Assembly (NCBI GenBank): GCA_951406725.2
Contig: OX597832.1
Location: 33,294,001-33,358,000 of the forward strand
DNA: 64,000 bases
Source of the DNA: Octopus vulgaris
Taxonomy: Eukaryota
Direction of reading: 5' to 3'
The notes under the pieces are model-generated. The model searched no databases. It was not told the DNA's origin and worked only from the letters and a program-made list of their open reading frames with translations. The stretch's first letter is position 1. Every line of letters begins with the position of its first letter. Made by a program: the position numbers and the translations under genes. Shown here one piece after another: positions 55,727-64,000 of this stretch.

Positions 55727-56913
55727 CAGTAGTTTTATTTTTATAGCGTGCTTTCACTTCACTACCGAGCGCAGCTCTGTGTGCCTTGGGTATGTGCTGT
55801 GATTTGTTGTGATGCTCTGATGGTTATTGTATGGAAAGTGTTCTGCGTAGGATGTGTGCAGTGCCTAGTAGTGCAATTTTCTGTATGTTATATGTCTTTG
55901 TAAGTCCTGGTGTTTTTGTTACGTATGTGTCTGAATATTTTTTTATCATGCCTAATGAACCTACTATGATAGGAATTGTTTCTGTTTTCAGATTCCACAT
56001 TCTAGTTACCTCTATTTCCAGGTCTTTGTATTTTGAGAGTTTCTCCATTTCTTTTAGAGACACGTTGTCATCTGCCTGTATTGATACATCAATTAGAAAG
56101 CATTTATTTTCTTCATGATCTCTGGCAACTATATCTGGTCTGTTGGCCTTAATTTCTCTATCTGTGTGTGTCGGCATATCCCAGAGTATAGTTGCTTTCT
56201 CGTTTTCTGTGACCTTTTCTGGTGTGTGCTTATACCATCTTTTTTCTGTTGTTATTCCATAATGTTGGCATAGCTTCCAATGTATGTAAGTTCCAACTCT
56301 GTCATGTCTGTGAATATATTCCTTCTTAGCCAGGACTGGGCAGCTAGAGATAATAAGATTTATTGTTTCTTGTCCATCTCCACATATTCTGCAGTTACTT
56401 GTAATATTTCTTTTCATTACATGTTTTTGGTAATTTCTGGTGGGGAGGCTTTGGTCTTGTGCTGCAATTAAAAATCCCTCTGTTTCTGCTTTGAGTCCTG
56501 AGCTTCTCAACCATTGCTGGGATTTTTCTTTGTCTACTTCTTTTGCGTTTAGTTTAGTCCAATATTTACCATGAAGGGGCTTTTCTTGCCATCGTTTTAT
56601 CATGGTTCGTTGCTGTTCTATTTTTAGTTTGGATTTCATTTCTTTTATAGCTTTTGTTGTTTCTTTTCTTCTTCTTCTTCTTCTTCTTCTTCTTCTTCTT
56701 CTTCTTCTTCTTCTTCTTCTTCTTCTTCTTCTTCTTCTCCTTCATGTTTATTAGGTGGTATGATTTCTTGTTTGTATTTGTCAGCTTCCTTAAATACTGA
56801 GAACATTTTTTTGTTTTGCTCGTGTTTTGCCGCTATCTGGATCAGTTTTCCTTCCTTCTGAAGTAGATATTTTTGCAGTCCTATGGTGGTTATTTTATAG
56901 TAGTTTTCCAGTT
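55727..56913 (-). mobile_element. Young 5'-truncated R4/Dong-clade LINE (zinc knuckle, restriction-like endonuclease, 3' UTR) in (TAA)n
   Basis: ORF 55824-56639: GLKAETEGFLIAAQDQSLPTRNY, CRICG..ETINLIISSC, RHDRV, ILWD, NRPDIV, LIDVSI, KE.EKLSKY.DL. (TTA)n on both flanks; internal (GAA)n. Confidence 0.93.
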
Positions 56914-56936
56914 ATTATTATTATTATTATTATTAT

Positions 56937-57006
<70 letters not shown>

Positions 57007-57016
57007 GGTGGTGGTG

Positions 57017-57063
<47 letters not shown>

Positions 57064-57075
57064 GGTGGTGGTAGC

Positions 57076-57137
<62 letters not shown>
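56914..57137. repeat. (TTA)(TAG)(TGG) compound trinucleotide array
   Basis: Directly visible. Confidence 0.95.
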
Positions 57138-57139
<2 letters not shown>

Positions 57140-57140
57140 T

Positions 57141-57330
57141 TAAGGCCGTGAGGTGGCAGAATCTTCTGGACGCCAAGCAAAAACATGAGTTCAAATTCCG
57201 GTGAGGGTGGTTTTGCCTGTCATTTATTTCGGAGTCGATAAATAAGAAACACCCAGCACCGGGTTCGAAGTATTTCATTTTCCCTCTCACATCACAGGAA
57301 TTTCAGGCCTCGTGCCTCTAAAGGATAGCA
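57141..57330 (+). mobile_element. SINE family B
   Basis: aaggccgtgaggtggcagaatc...gagttcaaattcc...gtcgataaataag...aatttcaggcctcgtgccta. Confidence 0.7.
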
Positions 57331-57344
57331 TTCTTCTTCTTCTT

Positions 57345-57419
<75 letters not shown>

Positions 57420-57454
57420 ATTATTATTATTATTATTATTATTATTATCAGTAT

Positions 57455-58035
57455 TACTGTTATATGAAAACTCACATCTAATTTCGCTGGGTATGATGGA
57501 GAGTGTCAGCTGTCCACAGCCAGTCGACTAAGGTGACAATTGTTTACCCGTCATGCTTCAAGAACCCTGCGAAGAATTCTTGCAGTTCCAAGCAATGCTG
57601 ATTTTTGTAGATATTCTACCTTCACACTTGCACCAATCTCTTTCATGCTGATACTTGCAAGTGCACCAATTATTATTGGTATCACTTCTATTCTCCTCAT
57701 TGACCACAGCCTTCGTATCTCCCACATTAAATCGTCATAGATGTTTATTTTGTCTTCTTCTTTCTCATCGATCCTGTTGCCACCGATGCATGCTATGTCG
57801 ATAATCATACAAGTTCTTTCGATTTTATTCACCTCATCAATGTTCGCTTTCCGATGTCTGGTCAGGTGATCGCACTGGATCATTACATCTTACGGGATTT
57901 TTCAGTTCTCATTTTCCTTGACTCCTTCTTGTGTTCGTTCATATCACGTCTTCGCTCTTTGGAGGTCGTGATTCCCACAGAGCTCCAAATGGATAATTAC
58001 TTCCACATTGTCGTGGCGTCGTTTGTATAACATCA
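57455..58035 (-). mobile_element. Older R4/Dong-type LINE 3' fragment
   Basis: KRRHDNV..IHLELC; IQCDH...CMIIDIAC...KE..KI..Y.DL.WEIRRLW...VIPIIIGAL...QKSALLGTARILRRVLEA*. 3' end next to (TTA)n. Confidence 0.85.
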
Positions 58036-58044
58036 TTCTTGTGT

Positions 58045-58204
58045 CTTCACGTTCTGGGTGCAATTTCCGCTGAGATCGATTTTGCCCCTCACCCTTTCGG
58101 GGTCGATAAATTAAGTACCAGTGAAATGCTAGGGTCGATACAATCGAGCATCTCCCACCAACAATTTCAGGCTTTGCACCTATAATATAAAGATTATTAT
58201 TATA
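58045..58204 (+). mobile_element. SINE family B 3' part
   Basis: cgttctgggtgcaatttccgctgagatcgattttgcc...ctttcggggtcgataaattaagtaccag...aatttcaggctttgcacctata. Confidence 0.78.
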
Positions 58205-58391
58205 AGTTTTTCTTCTTTCAATTTCGTTTCCATTTCTTGTCGATAATTTTCCCAACGCCTCGAGCAAAGAAACTCGCTGCATTTATTGATAGACCATAAA
58301 AATAAACACACCAGAGTGAATTTTTGATAAAAGCTACAAAAAAAAACTGAAAGAAAGAAAAAGAAACAATGGAAAAATTAAGAAACAAATT

Positions 58392-58499
<108 letters not shown>

Positions 58500-59171
58500 T
58501 ACTGTACCTTGTCCAGGTATGTTGTAGAATTCCTCAAGGTTCTGTATTTTAAGAAGCTTAGAGCACATGGAAAAATTTGTTGATATGTTTTTATACAGAG
58601 AGTCTATGAACGATCGAAATTCTTCCATAATTCTCCAGAGGGAACAAATATCTTCGGTAAATTTTGCTTTTTACTTTGTTTTGTCCAAATCAGATACAAT
58701 ATGGTTAAGCATTATATCTACCTTCCAGGCAAAAGTTACGAAGCTAAACTTGCTTCTGGGGAGATTAAAACGAACGATCTGCAGAAAATTAGCACAAATA
58801 TCCTGATGCAAAACATAAGAATCATATTCCTGGAAAATATAAGATTTACAGTGGAAAACAACATTGTTGAGGATGGTTCTGGCGATAGATTCTACAGCTC
58901 ATAAGAATCACACGTTCATTCATAAGCACACACGCACACAGGCTCATACATATATTTTGTCAGACGTAAAAAAGACTGAAATATACTGAATTTGTTTTTG
59001 TTCGATAGCTTTATATAAATTTAACCGTATAAATATAAAAATACCACGTTTTAATTAGCGAGCATTCCTATGTATTTGTAGACTTATTCTACGTTTACTT
59101 TAAAGCGAATTTTTCATATGTTGATGACAGTAGATCCGCTTTTGCGTCCTTCCTTGATATTCTTTTTTATG

Positions 59172-59204
<33 letters not shown>

Positions 59205-59679
59205 GTGCATGTATTTATATATGTATCTATTTATGTATGTATGTATGTATGTATTATGTATGTATGTGTGCATGTTTGTATGTATGGCAAATGAGACTTC
59301 TTCGTCCGCTGAAAAGAACAGCCGGTCATCTGGAAAAGAGAACAAGTCTTAAAAAAAAACATTCAGAGCTATAGCAGCAACAGCATCAATATCAACAGCA
59401 ACAAGAAGAAGAATAGCGCATGTGAACTCTATGGAAGGAACATTATGCTGTTTTCATCACCAACTTCACCATCGCAGAAACAAAAGGAATTAATGGCAAC
59501 AAAGTGCAACAACACCAGCGAGAACGCGGTCACCTCTGCAACCATCACCAGCACCACCAAAAGTAAGCCCACCACCGCCGCCGCCACCACCACTATCACC
59601 TCCACCACCAGTGCCAACAGCAAACTCACCTCCATCAATAACGAGAAAAACTACAAAGAAACCGAACCACGCAAACCGT

Positions 59680-60497
59680 CTCTTAGCGATTAGATGAGAT
59701 TTTTTATGAACGGAAGTAATATCAGAAGTATTAAATGTATGCTGGAGAAATGTGGCACTATTAGATGTGTACCGCAAGAAAATAATTTGTACCGTTTGGG
59801 AAAAGTGTAATAGACTCCTGGATGTGAAGAGGACCCGTTGTGAAAATTGGTTAAACCAGACACGATCCAGACAAAGCCCCAGACCTCATTCACTTTTCAG
59901 AAGAGGAAGAGCTGTTGTTAAATCTGAGGAGAGAAAGACACGGGGTCACCTGTGTGTGGAGAGTGGCAACTTGTGAGATTTCTGTCCCAAATAGCAGAGA
60001 GGCAAGCATGGAACTTACAGCCAACACCAGGAAGCCATAAGTAAACCATCAACCAACAACAGAAGCTTCACGAAAGAGTCAGTGCGGTGGACAAGTTTGA
60101 AACTCGCATCGTATTTTTCACATTTCACTTGAAATGGAAACTGAGGATCAAAATGGAACCGCTGGCCCCTACTCCAGAATTTTTGCAGAAAGCTGGGTGA
60201 ATGTGGTGAGGATGATCCGGGGGGAGTGGACCAATCTGTATATACGCTTGTAAGTCTGAAGGGTTGAGAAACAATGAGGTGCATACTTGAGGTGCAATTG
60301 TCGGTCGGGGAGACCGGGATGCGCGGGGTTCATTGGTTGTCCCTTGGTTAAATTCACTCTTTTCCGATGTTTTATTCTTGAATTTTTGTTATTAACTGTT
60401 CTTGTTTTAATTTTATACACGAAGTTTTAGGTTAAGTCTCCTTGTGTTGTATTGTCCCTTTTTGTTTTGTGTTTGGCCCTTGTGTTCAATAAAGAAA
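59680..60497 (+). mobile_element. Possible L1/Tx1-clade LINE 3' end, decayed
   Basis: Fragments VWEKCNRLL and FFTFHLKWKLRIK...EFLQK, then a T-rich UTR ending in AATAAA; resembles the Tx1-like C-terminus. Confidence 0.35.
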
Positions 60498-60509
60498 CGG
60501 TTATTGTTG

Positions 60510-60610
<101 letters not shown>

Positions 60611-61487
60611 TTAATTCTTCAGACTACAAACTAATTTTGTGAGCTAAAGTTAATTATAATTATAACAAAGAAAAGCTATTAGTCTAGTATAATTATTACA
60701 TAATATTTATTTTTATTTTTGCAACAAAGCTTATCAAATACCATACTTTCGCTCTTCAGTTCACCAATATCGACAACAACAACAAAAATAATTATCATTA
60801 TTATCATTGATGTTGTTGTTGTTCTTGTTATTGCTAACATTATTGTGATGTTGATGATTATGTTGACGACGAAGATGAATATAAAAATTTCATTTTACAT
60901 CTTATTATTTATATGAATATATTCTTATTAATATAATAATTAATTTTTTTATTCTCCAACGTTATCATATTCAATGTCGTCATAAAGTTCGTGAAAATTA
61001 GTGAAATAATTTCTTTTTGTAATTGTTTTCGTTTCATTTTTGAAATTTGAACAAATGTTCACCAAGTAACGGTATTTGTAATATATTTCAAATTGACTTG
61101 GAATCTTAACTTAGCTCTTCATTAGTATATTACTATAGGTGTGTCTGTGTGTGTTTGTTTTTGTGTGTACAATTTATATTAAAATATATATTTATATCTA
61201 CCATTCACATTAATGCAAATATATACATACATACATATGTATATATAAATATGCATACATATATATACACACACATATATATATATATATATATTTATAC
61301 ACTTTATGTATATTGTGATATATATACAATTTATATTAATATCTCATCTCGTAATCGAAAGTTTAAATTAGTTTTATGATTCTTTCTCTTTCGCTTCTCT
61401 CTATCTTTTTCTCTGTCTCACACATATATGTGTGTATGTGCGTACAGATATATATTTACATGTACATATATCTATACACACACACAT

Positions 61488-61527
<40 letters not shown>

Positions 61528-63786
61528 TCATATACATAGTTAAAATTTTGTATATGTGTATGCTGGTTAACTGTGTGTGCGTCTGTGCGTAAGTCTTTCA
61601 GCTGAAATCTTCAGAGAAACTGCTGACGTTTTGGTTTAGAAGTTTGAAACCATCATTTATTTTGCAGATTGAAACTCGTGCTACTTGGTCAAATCGCATC
61701 TTTAACAAACTGTGAGGTGATGGCTGTAGGAAGAAATAGCAATAAATATATTCACACACATGGTGTCTCGCGTTTTCCTAGTTTTAATATAACGCATTTT
61801 GTAATACTTGATACTTGATTTTCCATATATATTTTTTTCTTTCCCGTTGCTCAATTACCGCCCTCCTTACGGTGTCCAGCAACAAACATGGCGCTAATTC
61901 TGCTTACATTTTAGGCTCTGTGTTTAAATCACACAACATTTGCTTTCATTTACTCCCTCTGAGATCAATGAAGCGGGTATTAATGTAGAAAATATGATAT
62001 GCATATATAATGGCCTAACCCACTTCCTTCCAAGTGTTTGACTTCATAAACCAGGAAGAATTATTCTCTCTCTTGTGTCTCTTGGAATCTTTAGGATTCT
62101 TAACTCGTTGTCTTAACTTCGTTGATAGATTCACTTTACGATTTGAATTCAACAAATAAAAACGTAATTTTTAATGACCCTAAGGTCGGTTCGGTTGAGG
62201 TGCTGGGGGACATGAAATCAATTAGCACCTTATATTTAAAATTCGTGATCTTCGTCAATTACAAGAAATTGTCTTCTATCTGGTTGCGCTAGGAAATATT
62301 CGTAATCATAATTCATGGTCTGATGACCGCGGACGGATCGAGTGCTTTAAAAAAACACCAGCAGATTTGAATTACTGGAACGAGAACTGGTCTTATCGCA
62401 ATCATTTAAACTGATTTTCAATCGTGATACGTGAAGATGATAATGTTCTTATTCAAACTTTTCAGAACTTCTAAGAAGAATGTTGTGTCATCTGTCTTCG
62501 GCTCTCTGTCAGTCGTTCTTGCCCGTGCATTTACATGTATGCATTGTCTTGAGAAAGATTTTTTATGAAGAATATCAGTTTGCTCTACATAAAAATTTCA
62601 CTTCCTCTCCCCCTTCTACACATCTTATCGAAGAAATAGACCTTAGCATCGGTCAACGCAGTTTGACAGCAGTATTACAGTCAGAACACAGAACAGATAC
62701 CACAAGGTATCTTCCCCGACACGTTAACATTTATACCAATCCATCCCAAGGGATTTGTTATTTATTTTACCTGACTCGTAAGAATGAAGTGCAAAGCTGA
62801 CCTGGAGAGAATTTGAACTCAGTGACCAAATAGTCAGACCATGTACAGCAAGGCATTCTATGCAATGCGTTAATGACTCTGCCACGTTCCTATAATTCTC
62901 ATAAAGGTTAAATGAAACGCTACAGATAACGAAATTATGTACCAACTCAATAGATCCCTGTGATTCTGGAAAGATAATAAATATTAGAAATAATTATGTT
63001 AAATCCTCCCGAATTGAGGTACTCAAATGTTTAACGCTTCATTGATAACACCAGAAATACTATTGTCCATAGATTGACTTAAACTTAACATTTATACTAA
63101 ATTATAGTTAAATATATGATGGAGCACAAATTGGTCGATCGCAATAAATCCAGCCTCTCCTTAAAACAAATCACCTTACCATATTGCTGCAACATAATCA
63201 TTCTAATCGATATGGCATTTCATTGCTATTTAACTCTTCAGATCTACCCATATTATTCAAGGAGGCATGATGGTATAGACTTAAGACTGTAGGTTCGCAC
63301 TTTCTTCAATGTATATTAGTGTGCTAAAACCGATCCTTAATAACATATAGCTTTTGTCACAGTTAAACTATAATGCTCTACTTCGACATAATTTAAAGAA
63401 TAAAGTTGGTTGCTTTTAAAGCATTAGATTCCGTTCAGTTACAATTATATAACTCAATAGTCTTCTTCATGTATCTCTTTATACTCCTCCAATTGTGATG
63501 TCGTAACGAGGATTTCAATTACCATTTTGTTTTGGTATTTTTCTGCATTTCGTAAAACTATTATTGGAAATGTAATTATCTCATTATATTGTCACAAACT
63601 TAGAAAGTATGTATTTAGTCAACATTGGTTGTATTTATAACAATTTAATAAAAACGTGAGATCGGTTTGTATTCCAACATGTGAATACCGATATGTACAT
63701 ATACGCACGCTTCGCAGTCTGTTACTCCCTCTCTCTCCCCTCTCTCGATCAATCGATACATACACATTAATAAATAAAAAGTACGG

Positions 63787-63828
<42 letters not shown>

Positions 63829-63869
63829 CGTCAGAAAGGAGAAAGGGAAAACTGTGGTTACATTTCAGA

Positions 63870-63968
63870 AATGTAACAACACGTGGTCGATTGGCGATTT
63901 TCTTTTTTCCTTCTTCTATGAACTTCTCCCTTTCTCCTTTTTGATGTAGAGCCATGCTTGAAACGTTT
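63870..63968 (+). mobile_element. Short hammerhead-bearing repeat family H, copy 4 (decayed)
   Basis: ttggcgatttt...ccctttctccttt TTGATGT A GAGC CAT GCTT GAAACGTT. A short inverted copy at 63828-63848 reads ...CTGACGA on the minus strand. Confidence 0.6.
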
Positions 63969-64000
63969 TTGGAATTATTTGTTCGTTGAATTGATTATTA

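Noticed and set aside
55824-56639. 271-aa ORF as a host gene
   Set aside because: It is the endonuclease end of a truncated LINE.

Overview
AT-rich, microsatellite-saturated animal genomic DNA. The repeat families and simple-repeat density suggest an octopus-type cephalopod, but that is inference. I find no credible host protein-coding gene: almost all ORFs in the track are microsatellite translations. The window is a nest of mobile-element remains: R4/Dong-type LINE 3' ends in (TAA)n arrays, CR1-group, RTE-like and Tx1-like LINE fragments, a Helitron fragment, a probable hAT remnant, a MITE with an 8-bp TSD, and at least three SINE families. The most notable signal is about ten minimal type-I hammerhead-ribozyme-like motifs (best at 38588-38635 and 23996-24076) from several Penelope-like or short non-autonomous families. 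Several lie in or beside fold-back inverted repeats that could pair with the ribozyme itself. Also notable: a LINE and a SINE share a 3' stem-loop with compensatory changes, and a perfect 59-bp inverted templated insertion sits in a microsatellite. All alignments and folds were done by eye, and family names need database confirmation.
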